Positions 14,311 to 29,325 of a stretch of 64,000 bases of DNA are shown piece by piece. A program made the position numbers and the translations under genes. Each line of letters opens with the position of its first letter. Position 1 is the stretch's first letter. This DNA is from Selaginella moellendorffii (taxonomy: Eukaryota; Plantae; Lycopodiophyta). The stretch is from NCBI RefSeq assembly GCF_000143415.4, contig NW_003314264.1:2303710-2367709 (forward strand), written 5' to 3'. Under the pieces are notes generated by a model. That model saw only the letters and a program-made list of their open reading frames with translations. It did not search any database and was not told the origin of the DNA.

Positions 14311-14396
14311 AGCGACGCTCTTCCTCGACGAAGCTTGAATAGTTTAGAACCCTAAAAACCAGTGGAAATATTCCCTAAAGCCCTAAGGAAGGGGCG
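14311..14396. promoter_or_regulatory. 86-bp head-to-head spacer (bidirectional promoter) with telo-box-like motifs
   Basis: Lies between the VPS33 and TBL3 ATGs; contains AACCCTAA, TTCCCTAA and AGCCCTAA. Confidence 0.6.
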
Positions 14397-17300
14397 ATGG
14401 CGCCGTTAGGATACAAGAAAAATTTCCGGGCGACGCCGGCATTGCAGCTCTTCTACACGGGAGGGCCGCTGCGTCTCGCGCCGGATGCCTCGTTCCTTGC
14501 CTGCGCTTGCAACGATGAGGTCAAGATCGTCGACATCGCCACCGGCACCATTCGTAAGTCTCTAGCAGGCGATTCCGAGGCTATCACAGCATTGGCGATC
14601 AGTCCCGATGGAAATACGCTCTTCGCGGCCAGCAGGAGCTTGCAAGTGAGGATCTGGGATCTCGCCACTGGCACGCTTTGTCGATCGTGGAAGGTATTGT
14701 ATTGCTAGAGCTTTGTATTTTTCTTTCGAAATTTACTGTGGTTTTTTCTAGGCACACGATGGGTCTGTGACTGACATGGACGTATCGATGTCGGGGCTTC
14801 TAGCCACAGCCAGCATTGATCGAAGCATTCGAGTGTGGGATGTGGATGGAGGATTTTGTACGCACGCGTTCCGGGGGCACAAAGGCATCGTCACAAAAGT
14901 GATTTTCCATCCGGACCCGCATCGTTTGCTGGTAAGGAAAATATCAAAGGAGAATCGACGTAATGCTTTGTTGTTTCTCCAGCTCTTTAGTGGCGGTGAC
15001 GATGCCACAGTACGGGTGTGGGATCTGGTGACGAAAAAATCTGCCGCTCTTTTGGAGAAGCATTTCTCGACTGTCACCAGCTTGGCAGTTTCAGCGAATG
15101 GCTGGAGCTTGATTAGTGGTGCGAGGGATAAGGTATTTCTTTTCTCGATCAAGTTTTTAGGACAATATGGTGTTGTTGCGTGACAGGTTCTAAATATTTG
15201 GAGTCTTCGTGACTATAGCCATGAAGGAACTGTACCGGTATTTGAAGCAGTGGAAGCAATCTGTGTTGTTCCAGATGGCTGCAATCTACCAGGAAGCTCT
15301 ATCCAGAAGAAGAAGGGCTCGAAGCCGAATGTGTTAACTGTTGGCGAGCTTGGAGTTATCCGTGTTTTCTCTGCCGAAGGGTCCGTATGAGGAATGATCA
15401 TTAGTTTGTCTTACATTGATTTTGTTTTCGTTTCTGGTGATTGCAGTGGAAATTGCGTATACAAGCAAAATTCTTCCGATGTTTCCATAGCAACAGAAGA
15501 CGCGGACGAGACAAAGCGTGGGTTTACTGCGGCATATATTCTTCCAGATGCAAAAGGAGTTCTTTGCATCACGTACGATCACCGCCTTTTCTTTTACGAG
15601 CCATTTCTAGTGGACGACAAGCAAAGAGATTTGCGCATCAGCAAGCGCCTTATAGGTTGCAACGATGAAATAACCGATTTGAGATATGTTGGAAGCGACG
15701 AGACTTCTCTTGCCGTGGCCAGCAACGTGGAGCAGGTAAAAGTGGAATAAGAACTGTGAGTTTTCAACAATCTGTGTTGTAGGTCCGCATTTACGACTTA
15801 AGCTCCATGGCCTGCACACAAGAGCTCACCGGTCACACGGACATTGTCCTTTGTCTGGACACTTGCCTTTCATCTCAAGGAAAATCAGTGCTAGCTTCGG
15901 GTGGTAAGGACCATACGGTATGTGCTCTGAAATCTAGGAATCTAACAAAAACCGTCTATGTTGTGCTCGAAGGCGAGACTTTGGGATGTTACCTCTGGTA
16001 AATGTTTCGCGATGTGTACTGGCCACAGTGCTGCAGTCGGAGCCATTGCCTTTTCAAAAAAGAAACGCAGTTTTCTGCTGACAGGAAGCAGGTACCAGCA
16101 TTGTTTAATATTGCACCGTCCATCTGATTTTCTTCCGCAGGGATCGCTCTATCAAGTTCTGGGACTTTCAGTTTGTTATAGATGACAATCAACAAGATAG
16201 AGTTGCCAAGCTTTCGTGTATCCGTTCTGCCGCTGCACATGACAAAGATATCAACTCGCTTTCTGTGGCTCCCAATGACAGCCTTCTATGCAGCGGATCT
16301 CAGGTATTCCAAATTAATCACAGTGATGCAAATGGTGACGCGTCTGCAGGACGGGACAGCTCGTATTTGGAAGCTCCCGGAACTCACTCTAGCTACGACT
16401 TTGAAAGGGCACAAACGAGGCGTCTGGTCTGTAGAGTTTTCTCCTATCGACCAGTGCGTATTAACGTCCTCCGGCGATAAAACTATACGAATATGGGCAC
16501 TCTCCGACGGTTCTTGTCTAAAAACATTTGAGGGCCACACCGCCAGTGTTTTGAGAGCTTCATTTCTATCTCGCGGAACACAAATAATTTCTTCTGGTGA
16601 GTGTCGCCCTCGTTAAAAATTTTGCAACTGAACATGTCACGCTTAGGTGCGGATGGACTGGTAAAGCTATGGACTATCAAGAGTAACGAGTGCATAAACA
16701 CTTTTGATCAACACAACGACAAGGTTATAAAGTAGAAAACAGCACGTCTCCGGCTACTTACTTCTTCTTCGTATCCAAACACAGATTTGGGCCTTAGCCG
16801 TGAACAGCAACAATGAATCGTTTGCTACTGGAGGGGGTGATGCATTGGTCACTTTGTGGGAGGATTGCACCGCCTCTGACGAAGAGGAAGCTGCTAGACA
16901 AGAGGTTACTCGTAAACTCTGTTGATAAGTCTCATCTTACGTTTATTACAGGCCGAGGAAGCTCTGAAAGACCAGGATTTAGCGAATGCCCTCGCGGACA
17001 CGGATTATGACAAAGCGGTTCAACTGGCATTCGAACTAAGACGACCTTTTAAACTCCTTGGAGTTTTTACAGAGTTGTTCAGGTGCAGTCTCTTGACTCT
17101 TGAGAGCTGAGCTTTTAACAATTCAGTCTCGGTGCTTTTGGCAGATCTGGCACAGACGCAACACTGGCCTCGCTTTTGAAGAAACTCGACAGCGCATACC
17201 TGCGTCTACTCTTGGAATATATCCGCGAATGGAATTCGAAGCCAAAGTTTTGTTATGTTGCGCAGCATGTGTTGCACTGCGTATTCAACGTTTTTCCAGC

Positions 17301-17564
17301 GTCCGAAATAGTAGAGGTGAGAAGAGCAGCGTGCTAAATATCTTGGAGCATGGTCACACGCTTTGGTTGCAGGTTCCAGGGATATCGGAGCTTTTGGAAG
17401 GCATTTTACCTTATACACAACGGCATTTTAATAGGATAGGCAGGCTGGAACAAAGCTGTTACCTTGCGGACTATACGTTGGCATGCATGTCAGTGTTGGA
17501 TCCCAGTGACCAATTGCCAGGACTTGGCGGAGAGATACATGCTAAGAAGAAGCAAAAGTTGTAA
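14397..17564 (+). CDS. TBL3: Transducin beta-like 3 / UTP13 (TORMOZ-like) WD40 SSU-processome protein
   Basis: FYTGGP N-terminus, many WD40 repeats (GHKGIVTKVIFHPDP, GHKRGVWSVEFSPIDQ, FEGHTASVLRASF), Utp13 C-terminus (LLEGILPYTQRHFNRIGRL). Confidence 0.93.
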
Positions 17565-17747
17565 TCCGTTAGAATTTGAAGGAAAATTTTGTTTTGTTAA
17601 ATTAAAATAATTTTTACTTAATCTAGTTAAATTATTTACTATTGATAATAAAATAGTAAAGTTTTGCCAAAGAAACACGAAATCTAGACAAAAGTAGTTG
17701 TTCCTAGCCAATTCAATAAGAGAAAATGTACTACAATTATTTCTATA

Positions 17748-18681
17748 TCAATTTTTGTTTCCTACAAACGTTTGCCCAAACTTCCAATCTTGAGGCGCAA
17801 CATCATAATCGGTAACAGTGTCACCGTTGCTCGTGGTTACCATGAAAGAGAGGGACTGGCCAAGAAGAACATCTGGCGATTGCCAATTCTGCCCCCAGTT
17901 TCTCACCAAAGGCTGCCACCTCCTGGTTCTCGATCCCATGACAGCCACAGCGTGGACATCCCCGGCTCCACCCACATTCCACACCAGCACCAGCATGAAA
18001 TAGGCATGGCCATTGATAGAGAAATGAATGCCTCCTTCCCTTTCACAAGGTACCCTGTAGCACAACAAATGCAAACACGAAGTGAATGAATTTGTAGAAA
18101 ACTATAGAAAACATTCTCTAGAGAAGGAGAGCTCACCTTCTGTACTGAACAGGAACAATGCCACCTCTGTACTTGGCAATCAGCTCAAATGCAGGCTGTG
18201 AGAGATCAAAGTGCTCGCGCGGGGGATTACACCAGCCTCCGTTGTCGCTTGGGAGAGCAAAGTTTGGAGGGCAAAAGTTTGTGGCCGTGACCACGATGGA
18301 TGGGTTGCCGGGCAAGCACCATTCCGGGTCGGCCTCGGCATTGCATTTCAATTCGAAGCAAGAGCCGCACGACCAGCCTTCATTGAACAGGGCAGTGCTC
18401 AGTGCTGCTGTGCTTACTCCATAGCCTTGGAGGTAGAGGTTCCCATATCCACAAGCTCCTCCTGAATTTACAAGATCATTGCATTGAAGCAAACATGCCA
18501 GTTAGAATGGGTTGTTTTTCTTTTTTTCTTGCTAAATGATTGTACCCATGGTTCCAGAGGCATCACTTCCTCCATAAAACGTTGCGTGAGCATCTTGCCA
18601 TGATCCATAATCTTGAGCTCCAACTTCAGGGCTCAAAAACAGCACCACAACGGTTGCTGCAAAAAGAAGTGGGAGATCCAT
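17748..18681 (-). CDS. EXPA: Alpha-expansin, 3 exons
   Basis: Signal peptide; [15 protein letters not shown]|[10 protein letters not shown]; TATNFCPP; HFDLSQPAF; RNWGQNWQS; WKFGQTF. Confidence 0.95.
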
Positions 18682-20333
18682 TTTTTTGTGAGTAGAAATC
18701 TTGTGACAAAGAAAAGAGAAAAGAAGAAAATCTAATATGGCGATCAAGTCTAGCCCTGAGCTCTCTTTAAATACAGAACCTCGGAGTAACTCTTTCCTTA
18801 ACAGTAAGACAGTTATTTGTCATTGGAGATCAGGTCCCATGGTGCGACGCTCTCGATGTCATGCACACTTTGGAATCAACAGAGATTCACACTAACCTCG
18901 AAAGAGTGGAGGAAACTTTAGAAAACTTTTCGCCACCTTTGACTTCGACGCACGCTAGGCTTTGGTTCGAAGGGTTCAACTATTTCGCTTTGATCACCAA
19001 GTGCGGGCAGGATATGCTCCACAGGTTCATACATTATCAGCTTCTCCTTACATGTACAATCGTTGATTCTCATTGTCAACTTGAGCTCTTTGTCAGAACT
19101 CTGATTTTCATGTCAACTCAAGAAACCTCTCTTATTGAAAGGAACTTCTCTTTCCGAAAAGATTATTCCCTATGCTTACCATAATCGAAACAAAAGCCGT
19201 ATAGCTCGTATCACAGGCACACACACAAAACTCATGAATCGACAAAAGGTACTATTACAATATCTCCAAAAGAACAAATAAGTTACTCGCAAACTCTGGG
19301 GCTAACGGAACAGCAAATCTGTCAATCCTCGATCTCCCATAAACCGACGCGATTTCATCCAGTCCTGTGGAGAAAAGTATGGGGAATCTCTCCAATCCAG
19401 AAAGCTGGGGATGCATTTTGTAGTAGAGAGCAAGCAAATCAAACAAATTCGCTCCCCAGTTGCAATCCAAACGAAGGCTGTAGCGCGGAGGTGCAGCCGA
19501 ATTTTCGTCCACAAGTCTAGGCAGGCTGAAATTAAACGCTTGGGCTCGCCATAGCCACAAGTACACGCCACCTTTCTCTCCCTTCTTCCAAAGTAGGTGG
19601 TCCCCGTCTCGATTCCAGCTGATACCGTATCAAAAAGAAGCGCAACACGGCACTCATTGTCATTGTCCGTCAAGTTCTGGATGTTTTCAATGCGATTTGG
19701 ATGCCTGCTTCTCTCTCTTCAAAAACCCGTTTCTTTCTTGGTTTCTTACAATCGATCTCCCGATCGCGATTAGATCAGTCCTGTTCCTTACCAATTTTCT
19801 GTTCAGCAAAGGGGATCCGATGCATCACTTTGTTTTCTCAAACAGTCCATCACACAAGAGTGGTGCTCTCACCAAAGTTTTACTTTACGAACACCAACAA
19901 CCTTTGGACCATTTTCTACACATTTGAAGAAGAATTTCTCTTCTTCTTAAGCTTAAAGCCACACTGTAGATCAAGATTAGCACATCACATCAAAAGAAGA
20001 CAGTTTTCTTTGTTTTTTTTTCTCAAGCACTAGAAGAAGAAAACTTAAATTAATTGGCACGATGTGGAACAGAGAGATCGATGATCTCCCCCTCCTAGGA
20101 AATCGAAACAAGAGTGCTCAACGATCTCCCAGATAGCTAGATCCAAGAGAACAACGAAGATAAAAACACAAACACTGTAAGAGACTGTAAACCTTCCAGT
20201 CTGATCGATCGTAGGAGCTCTCTTTTCTTCTAGTCCCTCACACGCACTCACACACACTCTCTCTCTCTCTCTCGGAGATGGTTTTTCTTGGATGATCATG
20301 TACTATTAAGGTAGATACCTCATGAAAGCTTCT

Positions 20334-20762
20334 CTATCGCCACACGAAGGCGCCAATGGCGTAGTCCCTCTTGTCCTGGAGGCTGCCAGAGACGGGCAGG
20401 CCATACTCCTCGAGCAAGCGATCCAATTGCCACTCGGGCATGGCCTCGTACTCGAGCTTGGTGTAGCGCGGGTAATGCAGCGGCATCTGGAACACATAGG
20501 GGCAAGAGGGATTCTTCTCCACCGCCGAGTAGGGGCACTTCTTGGGGCTGGACGGCGCCTGATCCACGGCCGCCGCCAGGAGATCCTCGCTGCTGCTGCT
20601 GCTGTTCCTGCGATTGAGCGAGAAGACGCGCTGGAGGAGGTGCGTGACCAGGCGCCGGGTGCGCGGCGACGCCACCGGCTGATCGGAGGGATCGTCCACC
20701 ACCACTGCCGGTGCCGCTGCTGCTGGCGCCGTGACGCTCGCAGCTGGATCCAGGACCTCCAT
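20334..20762 (-). CDS. Conserved small plant protein of unknown function (FQMPLHYPRY family, DUF7722-like)
   Basis: C-terminal FQMPLHYPRYTKLEYEAMPEWQLDRLLEEYGLP..KRDYAIGAFVW motif; single exon. Confidence 0.85.
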   Translation of the reverse strand: MEVLDPAASVTAPAAAAPAVVVDDPSDQPVASPRTRRLVTHLLQRVFSLNRRNSSSSSEDLLAAAVDQAPSSPKKCPYSAVEKNPSCPYVFQMPLHYPRYTKLEYEAMPEWQLDRLLEEYGLPVSGSLQDKRDYAIGAFVWR

Positions 20763-21953
20763 CGTTCGATCGAGCGCTCCCTCTTCTCTCTCTCTTTCCT
20801 AGCTAGGGTTCTAACGGGGGGAGAGGAGAACGAAGAAGAGAAGCCGCGAGAACGAGCGAAGAGCACACACGCTCTTAACAATGTAGCAAGGTATATCCTT
20901 TACACGGAATCTTCGAGGCACATTCCGTCAGCTAACGGAGACCTGGCGGTATATTCAGCGGATTGACGGTGTCTGCGATGGAATGTTTTTTTGAAACGGA
21001 CCAATGCAAGCCTTCTGATGACAAATGGCAAGTGTGGACACAGTAAACAAGCAAAACAAATGAATTTGGAAGGATAAAACAAGACATAGGCCACATACAC
21101 AAATGACCCCTGCTATAGGACAGTTTTTACTTTTTTCTTGTGTGGATAGGTTTGCACCTGCCCCATTTGAAATCGCCATTGGATCGATTTGAAAATCCGG
21201 CCGTTTTAGGGGATTGATTGATGAGAGGCCTGCCAATTTCAACACGCAAACATTGCCACCGCCTCCCTGGGTCATGTGCTACCCAGGGAGGGTCTCTCTT
21301 ATTCTAATCTCTTGTAGAAAGATTGGACGATTTTTCTCGAAGGTCGGTTGCCGGGTTTGTTTGTTTTAATCATTGTGAGTTTGTTTATTTTGTTACAAGT
21401 TTCTTACGTCGTCCAGATGCCTTGCAGTGCTTGCAGTTGTGTGTCACACACAGACTCTGAACAGACCAAACTACCAAGTACCACATCTTGCAATCCATGT
21501 TGGCATTTTGAAGTGGATAGGTTATAACTTTAGTGGTACTCACTTACTTGAATTCAAGGTCAGATCAGGTCCATGTCAAGTTTCAACGGGTGCACAGCTC
21601 TTCAACCTCTAGCTGCCCTAGGCTCATTCAATTTGCCTTTCGAGACCAGAATGTATTCGTTGAGTTGAAAACCTCTATATCTAACCATGAATGAGAAATT
21701 TTGACTTTAATTTCCACTATTTTGGATTTTATGAGCTTTTCCTGAGAATTCAACAATATCCATTAGAAATTATTCTTTTTTTCTAGAATTCTAATTTCTT
21801 ATGAGCTAGATCAGTATTAAAATTATTAGAAAAATTTAATTTTTTTTATAATTTAAGCTTATATTAATAAATAAAGATGTGAATATTTTAATATCACTTT
21901 AGAATTTAAATTTAATTTTTTTTATTTAAAAAAAGTTTTCTAGATAGTAGTAT

Positions 21954-22123
21954 TGTGAGTGCATATAATATAGAAATGAAATACAGAAATATGCATTAAT
22001 TAGCCAAAAACCCTAGCTTATATATAAAAGTGAGTGGTCTAAATTAAAACCAATCTGACAGCTATCAAAATCCCACTACTAATATTAATATATGGAAACA
22101 TAGCCATACACTTGGACATCATA
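21954..22123 (-). mobile_element. Solo-like LTR of gypsy family A (~170 bp)
   Basis: Reverse complement matches the LTRs at 46936-47146 and 40345-40508 (GTCCAAGTGTA..GGGATTTTG.TAGC.GTCAGATTGGTTTTAAT..CTAGGGTTTTTGG..GCAC.CACA). Confidence 0.7.
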
Positions 22124-22357
22124 ATATATAATATTATAAGGAATAAATGGTAAAAGTTTTGAGAGAATTACATCCATAAAAATATTAGAATGGAGGCTAA
22201 CTAAAAGACTAGAAATGAAGTGTGGTAAGTAAATATAAAGCATAATTACTAAATGAAAGTTTTCTATATCTTTACAAATTTCCTTTAGTATATTTGATTT
22301 TATATAAAGTTTTATCAAGTTCACATAAGTGGTTTATTATACTCATGGTAAACTTTA

Positions 22358-22806
<449 letters not shown>

Positions 22807-24583
22807 TAAAAACTGATATTAAATGAAGTTCTTCAGTTCTTTTTTATTTTTTATTTTTTTCTTTGCCTTTTATATGTATGATTTTTTATTATTATATAAT
22901 GGTATAAAAAGGAAACCAAATATGAAAAACTTAAAATTATTAGAAGAAACTTACATATAAGATTGTGAACTAAAAAAACTTTAAACCTAATTCAATAAAT
23001 AAAAACTACATTAATATATTAGTAATTACTTAAAAATAAGGAGAATAACAAATAAAAACTCAAAACTAAAGCTTAATAATTGAATAAAAAGGAGTTTAAA
23101 AATTTTTTTTGATAATAAAAACTTTATCTTATACTAATTTCTAATGGATTTTGTTCAATCCTCAGATAAAGCTCATAAAACTAAAATAGTAGAAATTAAT
23201 ATCAAAATTTCCCATTAATGGTTAAATATAAAGGTTTTCAAGTCAACAAATACAAAACTTGAAATATTTTAGGCTATATGAAAGGCAAATTGAATGAGCC
23301 TAAGGCAACTAGAGGTAGTTATACATTTGGACCTAACATCATCCCCTCTTCTCGGAAAGATGGAAAATAGTTAGGGTATATTGATTGATGGACTAGACTC
23401 TACAGGAATATCAAGAGCAGGCAACAGTGAATCTATAAGTGGTATTAGTTGTTCCTAATCCCTTTGGATGAATAATTTCAGCCATTACACATGTATGGTT
23501 TTTGGAGGATTGGCCTATACTAAATCTTGTAAACTTATTGTTTAATTTGCCGTAACACTTGATATAGTCCCTTCTTGAGTAAGGAGCCCTTTAGACAAAC
23601 CACATACCTTAAGATTGGGAAAAAAGACTAACTTCAAATTATCTATTTGGTACTTTGCATGTGGACAATGATAAGAATTGTAATGTCATTATTGTTTCAC
23701 TTGTATGTAGCCCAAGTGTTTAGTAGATTCCACTTGGACAAGTGGAAAAATGTTTGTCAAATATTAATCTTAGGACTTAGCATTAACAGCTTGTGTTGCA
23801 AATGTAAACTCAACTTCATTAGCAATATTAGTTCATGACCATATAAAAGTTTATATGGTGAAGCACCAACATAATTCTGTACCTTTATGATATATACACA
23901 TTGAAGAGATGATAAATAACCATCCTAATTTGAAATACTAAAAGTTTATATACTTCACGGTCATCCTTTTAAAAGCCCAAACGAACCATTCCACCAAACC
24001 ATCTATTTATAGAAGATAAACACTTGTGAAAGTGTGGCATATCCCTAATCAAAACATTAAAATATGAAATGCCTTAGCCATAAATATAGGAATATTATAT
24101 GAGAAAATCTACTTTAAATAGAAATACTAGAACACCACTTGATTGAGAAGGAAGTATCAAACAACAATTGCAGATGCTATGAAAAGCATTAAATTCCACT
24201 TAGTGAGTTAAGTAGTCATAAACAATAAAGACATACTTATTGCTAATAGATGACTGTGGAAAAAGCACCATTAGATTAAATGCCACCAACTCAAATAAAC
24301 AAGAAATTGTAATTGACTCCACTTGTCCTTCTGCAACATAAGGGAATATTATGAGCTTGACACCAAAAACAGTTATGCATATATTAAATAACATCAGATT
24401 GCATATCTGGTTAATAGAAAGAGTTGTGTAGCTTCTCAATCACACAACAATATTCTATATGCCCATCTAGAATAAAAGAATCTTGATAGGCACCAAGAAA
24501 GTGTGGAATAAAGATTCTATGCACCACCAATTGATCAAGATCTGTCCCCACAAAATAAAGAAAGTCATTTTCAAGATAATATT

Positions 24584-27500
24584 GACATATGGAGTGTTGG
24601 ACCAAATGCAAAGGCCAAAGGGCATAAATGCCATTGATGGGGTTAATATATCCCTAGGTTGGGAATAGAATTTATAAAGGTTATAAGTGAAATTCTTCCA
24701 AATGGTCAAAGGTGTGGTGAAATGACTAAAGTAAAATGGAAAAATAAATCACTTACAACTTAGTATTAAAACTATTCCTTAGTTTAATTCTTATTGATCA
24801 CTATTACTATCACTATTTGATATTGCTATATGATGGTCCCAAGAGTGGGGCGATACTCGAGGAGTTATATGTCAGGAGAGCATAGCCCTCCATTTTAGTT
24901 CACACATGAATTTATATGTAATGTGGTGGATAGAAAGGGGCCATTAAAGGAACTACTTTGGGACATTGGGAACAATAAAAAGTTTTACTTAAAGAGTTGA
25001 GGATACGATCTATATAACTGTTTAACTTAGCAAATTGGTTAATGTGGTTGTGGTAAATAACTATAATTTAGATAACGAAAAGGATAGAGACTCTAAGATA
25101 TTAAAGGGGTTGCAAAATTATCTATATATAGTTGAGAATGGTGCTTATAAATTTAAGATTATAGTTAATGATTATGAGAGGTAAAATACAGATAAGGACA
25201 TATATCCTTTGAAATGGTATTTAGGGCTACCTTTACTAAAGGCTAGAATAACCCAAGGAGTTAAGGGGTATGTTCAAAGGATAAATTAATGTTCTTATCA
25301 CATAGAAGTAGTTCTAAGAGGCAAAAATAAACTATATAGAACAAAGGATAATCAAGTGTTGAAGTAACACTTGTAGAGACAGTCTTTATGAATATGATAT
25401 GAATATAAGAAGTTGTATTCAAATGTGGTGGCATCTCAAAAATAGCCATAAGGCTAAGACCTTATGAGACATTAGATTAACAAAATCCAAAAATTTAGAT
25501 GACTTAGTGAAGTCAAGGGATGGTCTAAAAGCTTAGAGGAAACACATTTGGACAAAGATGTGTTGTACCTAGCGAAAAACTAGAAGGACTATGAGATCTA
25601 AGTATGAGAATAGTAGGTATCTTATTAATGGTAGAAAGTGCCATATTAAAGTTGTGGAAAGGTGTTTGCAGAAGAAAGTAGCTTTAACAAAGAATTATAT
25701 GTAAACACTATGTTGTAGTGCTAACTAATTACTATTGTTATAGCAAAACTTAGACATAAGTAAGAAGTGTTATGAGGGTAGGCTCATAGAGCCAATGGTC
25801 TGGAGACATTAAATGTCTCAAAGGACAATGCTTTGAGGTTAAGTTGGTTGGTTCATGAACCTTAATGAAAATGGGATTCATATATCCTAAGCTAATAGGC
25901 ATAGGATTCATGTGATTGTATTAAATATCGATGGTGTGGAATGAGTTGTAGGATATGATAACTTTAAGGCAATTAAATAAAGATTTGGAATAATTGGAGC
26001 TAACGTTTTAAAACCTCTTAACAAAATGAAAAGGAGGTCAAATATATCCTTTAAGAACCCAATCTTGATAGCTATGGTGGAAGGGCTAGCTTAGGCACAC
26101 CACTAAATGTGGGGGATGCTCATAAAGTCATAGTCAACAATTTGAAGGTCTAATAGATCTAATACTTATTGATAGATATATTAATGTGTTAACGTGAGAT
26201 CACTAGGTGATCCTATGCCTAAACAAAGATAAGCTAAAGAATAAAATTCTTAATTCAAAATGTTAGTTTGAACTATTGGTAATAATATGACTTGGTTAAG
26301 ATGACCAAATTGTAAAGACACTTAGGTGAAATAAGTTGTGATAATACAATAGTATTATGAGTCTAGGAAAATAGTCTCTAAGGAAGGACTTATAAGAGGG
26401 TTGTAAGGTTGGGTTATAGATAGAGCCCACAGCAAGAAATATTAAAGAGATTTACTAAAGGTGAATATCTTATGGATTTGGCAAACTAGAGCTTTTGTTA
26501 TGGAATACAAAAAATATCTTAAGGATGGAGGTAATGATCTTATATTGCTTGGTATAACAATTAAAAGATAGGAAGATAAGAGTAAAAGACTAGTAGCTAG
26601 GAATGAGCTTTGGAAATTGTTAGAAGAAATCCAAATGATAAATTAAATAAGGAACTACTATAAAATGGATGTTAACAGATTGTGGGAAAGGAAATATATT
26701 TTCAATAATAGGATTACCAAATGTTCCAATTTCATAAAGGTGAAAGCTCCAAGAGATAGAGTGGCAATGTAGCTAAATGATTGGGTAAATACAAATTATG
26801 AATAAGTTGAATGTAATACCTATGATGGTATGAAATAAAAGAGAGGATGATAATACCCTCAAGTAAAGAATTTCATAAGATGGGGAAGTAGAGTTTGCAG
26901 AATCTATGTAATGCAAGGTGTTGAACACACATAAAAAATTGACTCGAGATATCAATATTAAATTTCTAAAGTGTGATAGTTATGTTAGTAGAGGCTGAAA
27001 CTACTCTGGAGTGAATAGTAAGATTGAGATAAAGAAAGTGTCTTTAATGGGTTTAACAAAAATTAAACGAACAAAGGAAGAGAACCACCACATATGATTT
27101 AATGAGACTTTAAGTTAGAGAGATTATGCTCCTTAGAGGATGGGCAAGGCATGGTGAGCCTTCAATGTTGAGCCATTAATGAATATTGGCTTGATGCTAT
27201 GGATGAAAATGGTAATCCATGATAAAGTTACTTTATAAAATAGTTTATAGTTTGATAAGGACATCAAATTTCATCTATGGGTGGTGGATTTGTGAAACAC
27301 AAATTCTTGAGCCCTAAAGTGGAGTTGAAAATGTGCCACATGGTAGTGGTCGAAGCAGGAACCTAATAATCATAACACATTTAAACAAAAAGCTCCAACT
27401 CAAGAAGTTAAGAATAGGGGTGGAACTCCCAACAAAGTGCTCGATAAATGAGCATAAAGTGATCGATGAATAAGTTTCTAGAAAGGGACACAAAAAAGAT

Positions 27501-29325
27501 TGATACATAGCAAGTGTCATGATATATGGAAATGTCAAAATGGAGTCTGAGCTAAATTCCGAGCTAGAGTCTAAGGTGGAGTCCGAGATGGAGTCTAGAT
27601 AGAAACCAAGATCGAGATTGAGTCCAAGTCCAAGTTCGAAATCTAGTTCGAGTCCGAGACTAAGTCCAAATAATAATACAGGTCGTGAGGTGAAAACCCA
27701 AAGCAATCATCCCCCAAGGCGGGAGGGGGGGGCATATCCCTAGAAATGGTTCCAAAAAAGTATAATAGAAAAGAGTGTAGGGTTTGGACTTCAGTGGAAT
27801 TAATTTGGCTAGGAAAGGCTAATGTGACTTAGAAAGGCTACACTCATATGGTGGGTGATAATATAACCATTAAGAAGTCTAAGGCTAAAGTGAACACAAA
27901 TGGATAAATGGAGTAGTTTGGTGAAGTGCTAGCTCTAGCTCCCATGAAAGATTAAATGGTCAATGCTCCTAATCCAAGCATAAGTGGCACTATTTAGGTA
28001 TCTAGCATGGCTTATCAAAACTTTGTTTTATCTACATGTTTAAGGCATCCAAAAGCGAAAGGTGTGGGGAGTACCCATAAAACTCACATATGGCCATAGT
28101 GTTTTAAAATATCATCCCAAAGTCTCAAACTATGGAAAAGAAGAAAAATAGTCCTCTTGTGTAGTGACCAAGGGTATGGTCACGTGGTAAGGAAATCCTA
28201 AAGGTCAATAGAACTTAGTGGTCAAGCCTTCAAGCCCGGACCCTGTAGCAATATTGGCAAGCACTACTATGGATGGAGAGGGACTTGATGGGGACCAAAA
28301 GGGAGATATTGGGGAAGGGTATTCCCTATGTTTTGAGGCATTTTACAAATGCTAAGGTGTGGTATTAGGGTGATCACTCATGAATGGATGGTTTAGTTCT
28401 GGAGAGACAGGATTGTGGTATAGGTGGTCTCGGACTACTAATGAGACAAAGGTGAATGAACATAACCTTAGTGTCATGGGTTGTGTAAGAAACCAAAGAG
28501 AACAATTTGAGAGACAGTGCATGGGGTTTAAATATAGAAGGAAAATGTCCATGAACAATAATGCACTTCCTTTTTCAATTGGTTAAGGGTTTTGGGATAT
28601 TTGGGGCTAAATGTTCTTGGATTTGAATAGTACTAGGTTGGGACTTCCTATGAAGTTTAAATTTAGGAGTTTATATTTGGTATTAGAGAGGTCTCGAGTC
28701 CAACTCTATTGGTTGGCTTAGGTGAATTGCACTATATATTGATTGACATTTAGTATGTTTAATTTGCTTTGGCTAAGCTTGACTCAAGGGGTAGGGTGTT
28801 AAGAGAGTGGAGCTCTTGGGAGAGCTATGGCTTTTAATTTTTATTCACGCAAGCGTAAACTTGCAAAGAAGAGTAATGCATTATAAATAACTAAAGAAAA
28901 CAACTTGAGAGATAGTTCATAAGGTTTAAAATATAGAAGGAAAGGGCTTATGAATAAGAGTGCATCCTATTTTTCAATCGATTAAGAGTCTTAGGATACA
29001 TGGGGTTAAACATCCTTAGGTTTGAATAATACTAGGTTAAATGACCTCTCAAGAAGTCCAAATTCAAGAGTTTATAAATTGATATGTCAATGGTACCTTT
29101 GGATGTATATAGTGGGTTCTGACATATGGAGTGCTTGGACCAAATGCAAAGGTCAAGTGGTATGGAGGCCATTTATAGGGCTAACATATCCCTAAGTTAG
29201 GTATAAAATTTATAAAGGTTGTGAGTGAGACTTCTTTATGGGGCTAGCATATCCCCAAGTTAGGTATAGGATTTATGGAGGTTATGAATGAGACTCTTCC
29301 AAGTAGTCAAAAGTGTGTTAAAATA
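24584..29325 (+). mobile_element. Family B LTR element, old copy (truncated 5' LTR, ~2.5 kb non-coding interior, 3' LTR)
   Basis: LTR end ..ACTTACA at 24757 followed by a degenerate PBS; PPT ATGGGTGGTGGATT then LTR start TGTGAAACAC at 27291; heavy G>A/C>T decay. Confidence 0.75.
28484..29076 (+). mobile_element. Cassandra-type TRIM, decayed full-length copy inserted in a family B LTR
   Basis: Collinear with 53894-54484 (two LTRs, PBS TTGGTATTAGAG, 5S-like block); flanks GGTTG/AATTG are a plausible decayed TSD; the host LTR resumes collinearly. Confidence 0.85.

Noticed and set aside
19255-19673. Two overlapping minus-strand ORFs between expansin and the DUF7722-like gene
   Set aside because: No recognisable homology or splice structure
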